Notes under the pieces: generated by a model
What the model saw: only the letters and a program-made list of their open reading frames with translations
The model's database searches: none
What the model was told of the DNA's origin: nothing
In this document: positions 1 through 14,269 of the stretch, one piece after another
Position numbering within the stretch: the stretch's first letter is position 1
Layout of the letters: the number at the start of each line of letters is the position of its first letter
Origin: a virus
Lineage: Duplodnaviria > Caudoviricetes
Reading direction: 5' to 3' (one strand)
DNA: 64,000 nucleotides
IMG/VR virus record: IMGVR_UViG_3300017569_000030
Location: 17,472-81,471 of that record
Position numbers and translations under genes: made by a program

Positions 1-1965
1 GAGTAGTATAAACGCTGCAAATATGGCATGACAGTTAACGGATATACTATTACTGGTGATCATTATTATTTCTTAAATTTTTATCAATTAAAAGACTTAG
101 TTAATGTATCAGAAGGTGGCGCAGGACGTAATACTATATTTCCTAATTTTCTTGAAGGACAATATGAGTGGTTTCATTATCTATAGATGGCTAAAAAATT
201 ACGTTTAAATGCATGTATGATGAAAGCCAGAGCTGCTGGTTACTCAGAAATCGAAGCAGCCATTCTTGCTAAAAGTTATACTGTAATTCGAGAATCTGTA
301 AATGTAGCTTGTGCCTTTGCTTCTACACAGTTAGATAAACTGCTTGAAAAAGTTTATGCTAATATAGCGTTTTTAGACGATAATGCTCCAGGATTTCGAC
401 ATGGTAGAATAATCGATTCTTAGTATTTAAAAAAATCAGGACAATATAAAATGCTTAATGGGGTTAAAACTCCTACAGGTTGGTTATCCTAGATTCAAGG
501 AATTGTAGTAGATAAACCTGGTAAACTAAGAGGTGATCGTACTGATATACTAATGTATGAAGAGTGTGGATTATGGCCTGGTTTTACTAAAGCTTATACT
601 CAATCTGATGCTCTTGTAGGATAGATTGGATATTAGTGGGGAATCCGCCTCGCTGGTGGCACTGGGGGTGAATCTGGTGCAGCTATGGAAGGATTACGTA
701 ATATGTATTATAATCCTACCATATTTGGAGTTTTACCATTTAGACATAATTACACTTAGACTGGAGAAACTGCTATTACATCTTTCTTCCTACCTGCTTT
801 TAAAACAATAAAAGAAACTAAACTACTTGATCACAGAGGATTTATATCTGAAGAAGAAGGGCGTAAATACTTTGATAGAACCAGAGCGTTAAAAGCTTCT
901 AACCCTCAAGAATTAGTAGTTTATTGTGCTGAATTTTGCTATAATGGTGAAGAAGCTTTTTCTCTCGAAGGTGATAACAAATTTAATAAAGTAAATATAG
1001 CAGAATAGCTTACAAGAATAAGAGCTTTAAAACAATGCCCCCCAATTGAAATAGGATATTTAGAGTATCTTTATAAAGATGGCAAACATACTCAAGAGAA
1101 TATATCTGGATTTAAATGGCTTCCTAATTAGAATGGTAAAATTAAAATTCTTGAACATCCTATTTGGACTCTATCATCTAAAAAGGATGAGGATGGAAAA
1201 GTAATATGGAATCCTCCTTCTGAAAAAATTAGAAACTTATATGTAATTGGAATTGACGGAATTGATATTGGAAAATCTCAGACTTCTGAATACACTAAAG
1301 ATCCTTCTGATTTTTGCTTAGTTGTTTATAAAAGAGCCTACGGAATGGAAGAACCTTAGTTTGTAGCCATTTATAAGGACAGACCTAACGATGTAAGAGA
1401 GTGTTATAAAATTGCTATTAAACTAGCTCAATATTATAACGCTATGATTAATATAGAAGCAACTAGATAGAACTTAATTTCCTATGCTCGTGGATTAAAG
1501 CTGCTCAATCTTTTTATGAGAAGACCTCGAGCTACTTTATCTACTGAAGCAAGAAATACTAATAAACAATATGGAACTCCTGCAACATCAGCTATTATTG
1601 ACCATCAAACAGATTTAATAGCAGACTATGTAAACGACTATTGTCACCTTATATGGTTTGATGAAATGCTTGATGAACTCAATCGCTATACGGATGAGAA
1701 TAAACGAAAGTTTGATATTATCGCAGCTACAGCTATGGCACTTTTAGCTGATGAGGAATTACAAGGACAAGTTCCAAGATTAGTAGAAGAAAGAAAAGAC
1801 ACTTGGTAGGATATAGGATATTATAGAGATTATCAAGGAAATATAAGATATGGAGTTATTCCTAAATAGAATAACTAGATATTAAGTAATAATAATTTTG
1901 GATAGTTATATGACAACTACGGAACTCGATCAAGTGATCCACGAGTATATTCGGGATATTTATAA
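1..1965 (+). CDS. terL: Terminase large subunit, 5'-partial (TAG=Gln)
   Basis: Frame 1 is open from base 1 to TAA at 1963-1965 if TAG is read through. ATPase motifs MKARAAGYSE and KLRGDRTDILMYEE, GGTGG, and the RNase-H-like nuclease motif YVIGIDGID are all in one frame. Confidence 0.92.
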
Positions 1966-2218
1966 TAAAGAATATATCGGTAAACTCTTGATTGAAAAAT
2001 TAAATCCTATTGGTTATTGTATTAGATTTGGATTAAATACTCCAGAAAAGCCGATGGTTATTTATGCTGAATTAGAAGATAAACCATTTCTTAAATTCTT
2101 AAGACAGGAATTAAAAGATAGAAGATTTAATTTAATATATTATGGAGAATTAAAATTAATTTATCCGTAGGATTGTAATCCAATAAATACTGCTTGTGGA
2201 TGTCAAAAGAAGAATTAA
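1910..2218 (+). CDS. Small protein between terminase and portal (about 102 aa)
   Basis: ATG 1910, reads through TAG 2168-2170 to TAA 2216-2218, ends CNPINTACGCQKKN; overlaps both neighbours. Confidence 0.7.
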
Positions 2219-4652
2219 TTGAAAAAACGGATAAAGCCATCAATGAACTAGTCTATGCAAAATATGATTTGCAGAAAGCATATAACTATTATAATGGTAT
2301 AAGAGATGCAGACTAGTTCAGATACCTTGAAGAGGTGTATGGTGCAAATACTCCTACCACTCTTCACTTTACTCCTTTAATTAAAAAACATATTGACGCT
2401 TTAATTGGAGAATATCTTGGAACTCCAATTATTCCAAAGATATTCTGCAAGGACAGTGAAACAATAAATAATATAGATAGAGAGAAGCAACTTAAAATCG
2501 CTTCTGAGTTACATACTTATTTAAAAGGTCATTTAAAAAATTCTATTCTCAATTTTCTTGATGGTAAAAATATAAATGATGGATTGGTTGAATAGCAACT
2601 TTCAAGAATAGTTTAGGATATTAATAACACTTTTGAATCTGAGTATGAAATTGCTGCACAAAATGTTGTAGAATATATTATGCAGTCAAGAGATACTGAT
2701 ATAATGAATGTATTACGTGATTTATTATTAGACTTGTTAATTACTGGTTATGCTTTTTATCGAGTGAAACCAACAGTTGAGAATGATAATATTAAAATTC
2801 AAGCTCTTAATCCATTAAATACATTCATAGATCGAAACTTTGATTCTCCTTATGTTAAAAATTCATATCGCGCAGTAGTTCGTAATTGGATGACTAAAAA
2901 TCAAATTTTAAATGAATACGGTAAGGAGATGAACAGAGATGATAGAAAGCTACTTGATGAAAAATGGGATTCTGTATATGAAAATGCCATGTATTATGTT
3001 AGACTTGGTGAAACTAATGGTGTCCCTGTTACTGATGGATTACAAGGAGGCATTGAAGTAACTCCAGGTTATCCAGATAGTAAATCTGGTTTATTGCATG
3101 AATTAATACCTGTTTATGAGGTTGAATGGCTTGAAACAGATAAAGATTTTATCATGTAGCGATATAAAACAATACGAATTGGCGAAGAAATATATCTATT
3201 AAGAGGTAAAGATGAGAAAGTAATGCGTAGTAAATCAAATCCATCTTATTGTGGTTTATCTATTAATGGCATTTACTTTCTTAATCGAGGTGTTAAACCA
3301 TATTCAATGGTTTTAGCTTGTGCACACCTCCAGGATTGATTATACTAGTTCTGGTTAAATTTCGAGAATTGCTGGAAACCCCTGAGAGTCTTGAATACTT
3401 TAAGTAATAATTTCAAGAATTGGGAAATCAGCAGCTGAGCTTCTAAAAGAAGAGAGTTCAACGACTAAATGTAGGATCAAGTGATCTGAAGTACGAAAAT
3501 ATTAATTTAATATATGATATAGTCTCAACATCTGATGAAAATCAGAGCAGCAGCGAATCGCAAGATTCTAATGCGGACGTAAAATAACGAATTACGTCGA
3601 AGAAAATGTAGTATGACCTCTTAAATTTCTATCGTGATAATTTAATTGCTAACAGCGGAACAATAGGTGATTGGATTGATTACACTCTTATACCTGCTGA
3701 ATTAGGTGTTAATTTACCAGAGAGATTAGTTAAATGGTAGGCTTTAAAGAAGCAAGGAATTGGTGTTTTGGATTCTTCTCAAGAGGGAAGATTAGCTTCT
3801 GGACAAGCCCCTCTTAATACTATCTTTAATGGTTTCGATAACACCGTTAAAACACAGGCAGTACAAGCAATTCAATTAGCTATTGACGCGATAGAACAAA
3901 CTTGTTCTTCTATTACTGGTGTATTTAGAGAAAGATTAAATGGAATAGAACAAAGAGATGCAGTAACAAACATTAAGATTGGATAGAATAATTCATTTAT
4001 TATTACTAAACAATATTATCACTAGATGGATTTAATAGTCAATGAAATGTTACTTGATTGTCTTAATTTAGCGAAAGTTGTTTACAAAAATGGATTGACT
4101 GGAACTATTATTTTAGGTGATAAATATTAGAAAGTATTTACTGCACTACCAGAATATTTCACTTTAACCGATCATGATATACGAATTTTAACTAGTACAG
4201 ATGTCGTAAAGGATCTAGAACAGTTAAAAACAATTATTCCTGAATTTGTTAAATCTGGAGGATTACCGCCAGATATTATTATAGAAGCTATAACTAGTAA
4301 GAGTATCCCAGATCTTAAATATAAGGTTAAAAAAGCTATGCAAGTTTAGAAAGATGAAGCAAACCAAGTTCAACAATTAACTCAATAGAATTAGGAGCTT
4401 CAAAGTTAGCTTAAATAGTTAAATACTGAACTACAGAAAGCATAGAAGAAAATAGAAACTCTTAACTAGAACAAATTAGAATTAGAACAACAAGAAATGT
4501 AGACTAAATACCAAATTGAATGGTATAAAGCACAAACAGATAGAACATATAAAGAAGCTACTAATGAGGAATAGAAAAGAAGAACTCAAGTTGAACTTAT
4601 GTAGCTTTCAGATGGAAATCCTTATAATGATAAAATAAGATAGATTGACTAA
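2200..4652 (+). CDS. Portal protein, spliced join(2200..3336,3609..4652), about 726 aa
   Basis: Follows terminase; motifs HIDALIGEYL, DLLITGYAFYRV, ITGVFRERLNGIEQRDAV resemble crAss-like portals. Exon 1 ends ACAHLQD, exon 2 begins QYDLLNFYRDN; TAA at 4650-4652. Confidence 0.88.
3337..3608 (+). ncRNA. Group I intron (272 nt, no ORF) in portal
   Basis: P1: exon CCAGGAU pairs with GUUCUGG, ending in a U.G pair. P10: UAUACUA pairs with 3' exon UAGUAUG. Core motifs GAATTGCTGGAAAC, AATCAGCAGC, TTCAACGACTA, GATATAGTCT; terminal G3608. Confidence 0.92.
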
Positions 4653-5398
4653 TGGAGCTTAAAATAAATATTACTACTTGTACTGCCTGTGATGATTGCA
4701 AAGTTACAGTAAAAGATTTAAGCGAGTATTTATCAGAAGAATCAACAGGGACAGTTAAAGGTAAATTTAAATTTTCTGAGACTGGATCTATTGATGTATT
4801 ACAATTAAATAAAACTTCAGAAACTCTTTACTTAAATCCTACATATACTGACCATTCAGAAGTACAAGATTCTACTTTACAGATTTCCTAGGATGGATAT
4901 TATAGTTTAGTCCATTTAGTACTTCCTACAGTAGAGTGGTTTAATAATGAATTAGCAAAAACTTCTGGCTCGGCTCTTGGTTTATATTCTATTGTATATT
5001 ATATAGACGAAGATAAAGTTTATAAGTATATAAATGGAACAAGTACAGAAGTTACTATTTCAGAAATAATAGAAGTTAATCCTTCTGATACAACAATATC
5101 AAGTACATCTAAAGACTTTGTTTCTATCTGTAAATTGAGAAAGTGTTATATAAATCTGTGTCAATAGATTTTAAATAACAGAGGATTTTCTTCTTGTTGG
5201 AATAAGAGTAATGTAGATTCAGAACTCATTTATAAGCGAGATCTAGTTTGGACGGCGATTAATGTAATTAAATACCTTACTGAATGTGATCAATTAACAG
5301 AAGTTCAGCGTATTATTGAAAACATTAATGGCTGTAATGGATTATGTAATAGTACTTCTAATAATTCTTCTAGCAATGGCTGTGGCTGCTCTAACTAA
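4652..5398 (+). CDS. Conserved protein downstream of portal (248 aa, Cys-rich C terminus)
   Basis: TAATG coupling to the portal stop; open through TAG 4889 to TAA 5396-5398. Confidence 0.75.
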
Positions 5399-5594
5399 GT
5401 TAAAATTAAAAGTAGCCGATGAATTTTAGAAGCTACTATGTCAAATAAAAAAAGGATATAGACCTAATTATGAATTTATATTAGAAGAAATTTCCTTTAT
5501 AGAATTAATAGAGAAAAAAGAGATAGATGATAAATTATCTTTAACTGCTTTGCAGTATTACTTAAATAATCAATGGCAGATACTACAATCTTAA
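5376..5594 (+). CDS. Small hypothetical protein (72 aa)
   Basis: ATG 5376, one TAG, TAA 5592-5594; overlaps both neighbours. Confidence 0.55.
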
Positions 5595-7384
5595 CTCCTG
5601 GATGTGATAATGAAGAGGTAACCCCTATGACTGTTGATGATACTATAGAGTATTTACAACATGATAACTTCTTATCAGAGTTTGATACTGAAGATGAAAA
5701 ATCCGTATCTAGAGAAAACTTAGGAGTTTATCCTAAAACAGCTGTTTATACTAAAGACGAAACAGATTCAAATATCTCAAAATCTGTTTCAACTGTATTA
5801 AACGAACATTTAGCAGTTGAGGATCCTCATGGAACTCTTAGTGCTGCAAAAGAGTTAATGGATGGTATGGTAAAGGATGATGGTACAACTCCATTTAAAG
5901 CACCTCAAGCAGGTGTAGATCCTACTACTGATAATCATTTAACTACTAAGAAGTTTGTAGAAAAACTAATTGAAAAACATACAAAATTAGTTGGAGAAGA
6001 CGATCCTCACTAGATATTACCAGAAGTACTTTCTATGTTAGAGAAATATGTTAAATCTTCTGACATATATTCTAAAACTCAATTATATACACAGAAAGAA
6101 ATAGATAATTTACTTAAGGCGTTTGTTAAGAAAGATGGTAGTACTCCATTTACAATAGCATAGATTGGATCTGATCCAACTGTTGATAGCCACTTAGCTA
6201 CTAAACGGTATGTAGATAAGACTCTTTATGCTCACTTAGTAGATGTTGACCCTCACGGATTTTTAACTATCTTAAATCAACGTTTAGCATCTTATGCTAA
6301 AATTACAAGTGTTTATGATAAGACTCAAACATATAGTAGAACTCAAATAGATTCATTAATTAATAAATGGGTAAACGAAGCTATTGATTTAGCTATTCAA
6401 TCTTACCAAGAAGAAATTGATGATAGATTTGAGGATATTAAAAATGAGAAATATGTAAAGCAAGATGGGTCTGTTCCATTTAAAAATCCACAATCTGGAG
6501 TTGATGCAGTAGAAGAGGATTAGTTAGTTACTTTACGTCAATTAACTACTCAATCTGATGATTTAACTAAACAGATTGAAGATAAGGAATGTACATGGAA
6601 AACATCTGGTCCTGTTGAAGCAACTGTTGGATTTGTAGAGGAAGATACTCAATTACAAGAGTATTTAACTTTACAAGAAGTGTGTGATGCTATTTTCTAT
6701 GGAAAACGTGTTGAATTAACTGTTCCAGAATGGGTTATGATTAATGAGACAGGAGAAATTACTGTTTGTATTCATGGTTCAACAGGGGAAATTGTATTAG
6801 TTCAACTTTACTAGGATGATAAAGTGATATATACTTGGGAAGGTGATTCTATTAAAGAAACTTTTGCAACTGGATGTACTACTGTAGATAGTGATGCAAT
6901 TACTTCTGATGCCACCATTAAAGTAGTAGTAACTTACACTAATGGTACAACACATGAAGATACTAAAATAATAAAATGTTCTATGCCTGTATTTGTTGGA
7001 TTACTTCCTAAATGGAAAACTGCTAATACCATTACTATGGATTATCTTAAAGAGCTTCAAACTCAAGATACTGAAGGCACACAAAATAGATTTATTGAGT
7101 GTGGTCCAGATGTTACTTCAATTAATTTCAAGTATGTGTTTGAAGATGTAGATTTAAGACATCCGTTTGTAGTACTTCCACAATCTTATCCAGATTTGGA
7201 ATCTTTAGTTACTAAATCACAAAGATTTGGTGTTGAAGCATTTGATGTTATTGATGGTATTCCATTACAAATATGGAATGCATCCACTGAATCTGAAGAC
7301 AGTGTTATATTTAAGATATATGTTTATAAATAGGCACTTGCTAGTATGAACTAGGAAGTTACCTTTAATTTTGTAAGTGAATGA
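5573..7384 (+). CDS. Putative structural/fibre protein (603 aa) with three VKxDGxxPF and three H..DPH repeats
   Basis: Single frame through TAGs to TGA 7382-7384 (ATGA overlap with the next gene). Confidence 0.75.
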
Positions 7385-9681
7385 GTCAATATAGTGAAAC
7401 AATAGGTAGCTTCAGCAGAACTGGTAATTACCCCCTTGAAGCGAATTATATATTCTCCACTGAATCTGAACTAAAAGCCTTCTATGAAGAGCCTTTAAAT
7501 AAAGTAACTTTACATAAAGGCTTATTAAAAGTAGTTGAGCAGGATGAAGATGGAAATCAAGCGTTATATTGGGTTACTGAAAATGAAGGTAACTTAAGTT
7601 TTCAGAAGCTAATAACACTCATAGATATTGAAACTATCAATGAATAGATTGATGATTTGATTGAAGCTCTCAATCAAGAAATTGAGGAGAGAAAAGCTAA
7701 AGACGAAGAATTACTTGGAACAGATGATCTAACTACAATTCCTGGTAATTATGATAGTATTTATGATTTAGCAGAAGCTCTTGTTGAGTTACAACAGAAT
7801 GTCGATACCTTAGAAGAAGAACTTAAAGCAGCTGATGCATTATTAAAGAAAGAACTACAAGCTACAGTAGGAACAGAAGAGGATGATATTGTTGAGTATT
7901 TAAAAACATTAGATTATCCAAGTCTCACTAAAGTATCTGAGGACTTACATAAATTCCTTAATACAATAGATGATACAGATACATCTATTAATACTCTTCC
8001 AGAACTTCAGAAGTTCTTAGAAGGGTATGAATATACTCATCCACTTTCAGAAGTATTTACTGATTTTTGGAATAAAATCGCAGGTGATCCACTGCCTACT
8101 ACATAGTTTAGCACTTTAAGAGGAATACAAGATTTTGTAGAAACTCTTGCATCTGTTACTACTAATAGAGACAATAATTTACAGACAGAAATAAATCAAA
8201 CACAAGTAGGTGTTGGATTAAATAGTGATGGTTCTTATAGTGCAGACAAAGAAACTCATTATTTACAAGATGCTACTTCTGTTATGAATGCTTTAAAAAC
8301 ATTAGACGCTCTAATTTATACAGCAATTCAAGAATATGTATTAGAAGCATCTAATAAAGATATAGTTCCTCTTGAAGTAGTAAAAACATCTAATGGCTAT
8401 ACTATTGGTGCTAAATTATCTTTATCCAATACTACAGGTAATCAACTTTTAAAGAAAGATGATGGTTTATATTATTCTACCACATTAGATTACTCGAAAG
8501 GTGTAATCACTTTAAAAGTTAATGACAATATAATAGCTCAATATGATTTAAATATATCTTCAATAGTCAAGGATGCTTATTATAGTTCAGATACAGAAGA
8601 ATTAGTATTAGTATTTAATACTGCAGATGGAACTGGACAAACAATCCGAATCCCAGTTGCTGCTCTGATAACAGAATGGGAAGTTGATAATTCCGGTCCA
8701 AGTAAAGTAGTTGAATTAACTAAGACTAGATCTGTTAGTGGTAGTGATACATTATCTGGAGATGTTAGAATTTCAACTAACACAGATAATATATTAGAAA
8801 AAGATGGGAATACTTTATTAGTAAAGGGTACTTCTGATAATTTAACCCACAACGGACAATCTCTTGAAACATATTTAACTAATTTAGAAAGTACTGCTAA
8901 CACTCTTTCTACTAACTTAAATGCAGAAATTAATAGAGCTACTACTAAAGAAACTGAACTTGAAAATAAAATTTCTTTAGAAGAAGTTAGGGCTGCTAAA
9001 GCAGAAGAGAATATTCAAAGTTAGTTAGATTCAGCGGTTGAACGTATAAGTGCTACTGAAACAGCAATTACTAATGAAGTAGATAGAGCTAAAGAATCTG
9101 AATAGAGTATCAAAGATTCAGTAACTAAGGTTTCCAATGATTTAACTACAGAAGTTAATCGTGCAACAGAAAAGGAAACTTCACTAGAAAAAGAAATTAA
9201 TGATACTAATACTGCTCTCAATACTTTATCTAATACTGTTACCAATATCTCTAATAGCGTTAGTGAAGCTGGATCAGAAATAAAAGACTTACAAGATGCG
9301 TTATCTGAAGAGATAACTCGAGCAAAAACAGCGGAAGAAAAGAATGCAACTGATATAGCTACTAAAGCTCCAATTGATTCTCCTACCTTTACTGGAATGC
9401 CGCAAGTATAGACTTCTCCAGATATAGATGATGCATCACAAAGAATACCTTCTACAAATTGGGTAACTGAAAAAATTAATAGTATTGTTGCAACCCCTAT
9501 AGAGGATTTATCAAATCACATTAAGGATTACAACAATCCTCATAAAGTAACTGCAGAATAGCTTAGTGTTTACACTAAATCTGAAGTAGATGATAAGTTA
9601 GATGATAAAGCTGATTTAGTTGACGGAAAAGTACTTTCTAGTCAATTACCAGACAGTTTAGTAAATTGGATTGACGTATAA
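7381..9681 (+). CDS. Putative fibre protein (766 aa) with coiled-coil ExxRAxxxE repeats
   Basis: Joins track ORFs 7381, 7657 and 8284 through TAG; TAA 9679-9681; KAPIDSPTFTG and NHIKDYNNPHKVTA are typical phage fibre motifs. Confidence 0.78.
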
Positions 9682-9682
9682 T

Positions 9683-12151
9683 ATGGCAGCTGTAAATTTT
9701 TATAGAGGTTTAAAAACAAAATATAGTGAGTTAGTATATACTGATGGTATATTTTTCGCAACTGACACACAAGAAATTATAATGAACGGTAAGAGTTTTG
9801 GAGGTGGTTCTATTAAAAGTGCTTCATTCTCAAACGGAGTTTTAACTCTCACTTTTTTATCTGGAGAAACCATTGATATTGCTCTTTCCAATGCCACAAC
9901 GACAGAAGCAGGTCTTATGTCTGCTTCTGATAAAACAAGCCTAGATTTACTTGCAAGTGGAGCAGTTTGTGGTGTAACTTATAATGCAGATTCACGTAAG
10001 CTATTGCTTACAGACAAAGATGGAACACAAATAGGTGAAGTTCTGTTAGTATATGCTACCGATTCTAGAGCAGGTCTTATGTCTGCTTCTGATAAAATTC
10101 ATCTAGACGCAGCACAAGAAAACGTAATTGAAGAAGTACAAGTAGATGGTAATGCTTTAACTGTAACAGATAAAGCTGTTAATGTTGATTTATCTGGTAA
10201 GCAAGACAAGCTAACCGCAGGTGATAATATTACTATTGATGGTACTACAATCAGTGCAAAAGATACTACTTATAGTAATGCAAGTGCTGATACTGCTGGA
10301 CTTATGAGTGCAGAGGATAAAGCGAAGTTAGATACAATATCAGAAGGATCTACAAAAGTTGTTGTAGATACGGAATTGAGTAGTACTTCGACCAATCCTG
10401 TATAGAATAAAGTTATTAATAGTGCTTTATCTAATAAGGTAGATAAAGAAACTGGCAAGGGTCTTTCAACTAATGATTATACTACAGTAGAAAAGACCAA
10501 GTTAGCAGCTATTGAAGAAGGTGCTAATAAAACAATTATTGATACAGAATTAAGTGCAACTTCAACTAATCCAGTTGCAAATAATGTTCTTAATAATATT
10601 ATAACCGGATTAAATACTTCTATTACAGAAACATCAGAATCATTAGAGTCATTACAAAGTGAATATACAACAGAAATACAGGATATTAGTACTTCATTAG
10701 ATTCTAAAGCTGACTTAGGCAGTGATGGAAAAATAATAACTAGTCAACTTCCTTCATACGTTGATGATGTGCTAGAATACGCTACTCTTACTTTATTCCC
10801 AACAACTGGTGAAACAGGTAAGATTTATGTTGCTCTAGATACTAATTTAACTTATAGATGGTCTGGTACTACTTATGTAGAGATAAGCCCTTCTTTAGCT
10901 TTAGGTGAAACATCATCTACAGCTTATGCAGGTGATAAAGGTGCAGCTAACAAAGCGGCTCTTGACAGTTTACCTTCAGAAATTGTTACTAGTGTAGTAA
11001 AAGCAGGCTCTTCTACTACATATAATTCAATAGGTGTTGGTTATTCTCAAAAAGATTCTAATAATCAATATCCACTTGGACAATCACGTACAATATAGTT
11101 CGGTTCAGCTACCGCAACTGTAGCAGGATTGATGTCCGCAGCAGATAAAGATAAATTAGACAATATAGAAGCTGAAGCTAATGTAAATAAGATTGAATCT
11201 ATTAAGCTAAATAGTTCAACATTAGATATTGCTGATGATAAATCTGTAAATATTGATCTCTCTAATTATCCTACTACATCGGATATGAAGGATGCAATAA
11301 TTTCTACAGCTAGCCAAATGCAAACAAAATTAGTTGCGGGAGATAATATTACTATTAGTGGTAATACTATTAGCGCAACTGATACTACTTATAATGTTGC
11401 AACAGTAAGTGCTGATGGATTAATGTCTGCAAATGATAAGATTGCTGTTAATGGTATGTTTGATGAAATAGTTCCATTCTATGGAATTAAATCTATAGAA
11501 AGTGCCTCTATTAGTGATGACACCTTTAGTTTAGATGGAACTCGTGATCCAGATGATCCAGAATCAACATCTTTATCAAGTGGAACTAGTTATGTAATAT
11601 ATAATGATACTACTAGTTAGTTTTTAATGTATTGGACTAATAGAAGAACAGGTTCTAGTGCACAACCTTCCACTATATATGTTAAATACTTTGCAAAATG
11701 GACTAGTTCAAAGTATTATGGAACTTATAGTAACTATTATAAAACAGGGTATGGACAAACAGGCAAAGGAATACTTTCTGATGTTATATTTGTTGATCAA
11801 ACTACAGGTAAACATTATCAATACGATGATGGTTTAGTAGAAATTGCTTGTTCTCCTATAGCTACTGAAAGTTCTCTGGGTGTAGTAAAAGTTGGAGAGG
11901 GTCTTACTATTGATTCTGCAGGAACACTTAGTTTCGATCAAGAAATGCTCGTTGGTGTTGAGGATGGATTAACTGATGAAGAAACTGCTAGGCAAACCGC
12001 TGATACTACTCTTCAAACTAACATAGATACGGAAGTAACTAGAGCAAAGGAAGCAGAGACCACATTAACAAATACTATTGCTACTCTTCAAACTACTATA
12101 GATGAATTAACTGCTAGAGTTGCAGCTCTTGAAAATGTTGTAAGTTGGTAA
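9683..12151 (+). CDS. Putative tail fibre protein (822 aa) with repeated (A/D)GLMSAxDK and KLxAGDNITI..TISAxDTTY units
   Basis: ATG 9683; frame continuous through TAG 10403, 11096 and 11618; TAA 12149-12151. Confidence 0.8.
9907..10097 (+). repeat. Exact 29-nt direct repeat AGCAGGTCTTATGTCTGCTTCTGATAAAA (9907-9935 and 10069-10097)
   Basis: Read directly; encodes AGLMSASDK twice. Confidence 0.9.
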
Positions 12152-12152
12152 T

Positions 12153-14087
12153 ATGATTGATACGAAAATAAGACAATAGGGCTTAAAAGCCGATTATGCA
12201 CCTGATACAACACACAAGGATGTTATTTATCTAACTACAGATACAGGTGAAATTTATTTTAATGGAGAAACTTTAGGAATATAGATAGAAGGAGAAGGTG
12301 CAGAAAACCAAATCTTAGTTTACAATGGCGGAACAAGAAAAGGTAAATGGGTTGATGCAGGAGATATATTGGAATTAAAAGATTATGTTTCTTATGGTGT
12401 TCTAGTAGATGAGTCGATCTCTGATCCTCATCTAACTAGAACTGGAAACTTGTCTTTACACAGATCTTTACCAGTTCAATCACAATATAAGGGTTGTGTT
12501 GTTAAAGACAATAAAGTAGTATATTACTTAGATGAAGATGACTGGACATATAAAGAAAATGGTAATCCTAGCAAGGGATATACAGAACAACTTTCAGTTT
12601 TAGATGGAACTGATGGGGATGTCTGTGTTGAAATACCTTAGTTTTATGGATATTGTTATGACTTAGGTGATGGCAAATGGGATGTTCGTATTTCTTTAAC
12701 TAAAGTTTCAGATGATTGGTTTGAAATACCCCACATGTATTGGGGCGCATACAAAGGATGTATTGATAGAACCAGTACTTATAAAGCTAGAAGTGTACAT
12801 AATACTACTGCTAACTTTAGAGGTGGATCAAATAGTCCTACTTATGATTATTTACTAGAGACTAATCCATTCTTCTCTCATTTAGGTAAAGCATCGACTG
12901 GTTTTACTCGCCCTCAATGGCGAACTTATTGTATTAATAATGGTGCACAACCTACCAATTATGAATATTATAAATGGGTAGTATATTGGGCATTTGTAAT
13001 TGAATATGCTAACTTTAATTCTCAAGAAGCGGTAAATTCAGAATTAACTGATGAAGGCTATCATCAAGGTGGATTAGGTTATGGTTTAAGTGATTCAAAT
13101 TCTGTTAGTAGTACAGGAACTTATGCAACAATACCTTGTGGATATACTAACAGTTTAGGAAATCACTCTGGAGAGGTTAAAATTGTTACTGATTCTTGTG
13201 ATCTGAAATATGGTGTAGATTCTAGTATTTATAAATGGTATAGTTATAATGGATGTGTTTAGCAATAGACAACTGTTGAGACAACATGGGATGGAGGTAG
13301 TTGTGAGAGTAAAAATCTTCATATAACATACTTAAATAATACTACTAATATGTAGTTATATAGTGACAACAATGATGCAGGAACTAGATATTACAGTTTT
13401 ACAAGTGTTCCTACTGATTGTACTATTACTTTTAGAATAGATGGAAGCACATTAGCAGATCAAACAGAATATAATAAAGAAGAAAATGGTGATACTTATA
13501 ATGTAACATATCTAGTGGAATGGGGTGTAAATAATTCTAGAAAAACAATACATTTTGAAGGATATAAAGGAGATACGGATATATACTTCTATTATCCAGG
13601 TAATTATTCAACAAATGATCCTGTAGTTGCTACTACATTAGCAGCTGTTACTGGAGCATGCCCTAGATATAGAGGAATTGAAAGTCCCTTTGCTGAAATC
13701 TGGGAATTTCTAGATGGTTGTATAGTAACTTATGATACAGATTCAAAGCAAAATAAATTATATACAAGTCTAGAATGTCCATATTCTGATACTATTAGTG
13801 ATTCTGATTATAGAGGAGATGTTTCTAATAGCGGCGGCTTTGGTAAAAAGCTTTTAATGGGTTCTAGGGCTGATTTTTTCCCTGTTACTACTGGTGGAAG
13901 TTCTAGTACTTATACTTGTGATAGTTTATGGGTAAATACTAGTGCCGAATTGCGCCTCTTGGTCTCTGGTGGGCGCGCGGTCTACGGTTCTTCTTGCGGT
14001 CTCGGCTGCTTGGATGCGTACCGCGGGTTGTCGTACTCGCATGCCGTTATCGGCGGTCGGCTCTTTTTCCTTTCGGTCGGGGCTTGA
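12153..14087 (+). CDS. DGR target protein 1 (644 aa), putative receptor-binding protein with C-terminal C-type-lectin-like domain
   Basis: ATG 12153 to TGA 14085-14087 through TAGs. EYANFNSQEA and PRYRGIESPFAEIWEFLDG motifs; the 3' end is VR1. Confidence 0.88.
13955..14085 (+). repeat. DGR variable repeat VR1
   Basis: 131 nt, ungapped against 14139-14269; 25 mismatches, 24 of them at TR adenines. Confidence 0.95.
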
Positions 14088-14138
14088 CTACCTTGAGACA
14101 TACACTTAAATATTTCTAGTTAATTTTAAAAATAAAAA

Positions 14139-14269
14139 CCTCTTGAGCTCTGGTGGGAACGCGAACAACAGTTCTTCTTGCAGTCTCAGCTACTTGAATG
14201 CGAACAACAGGTTGTCGAACTCGAATGCCAATATCAGCAGTCAGCTCTTTTTCCTTTCAGTCAGGGCTT
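14139..14269 (+). ncRNA. DGR template repeat TR1
   Basis: AAC/AAT-rich non-coding copy of VR1, upstream of the RT. Confidence 0.95.
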
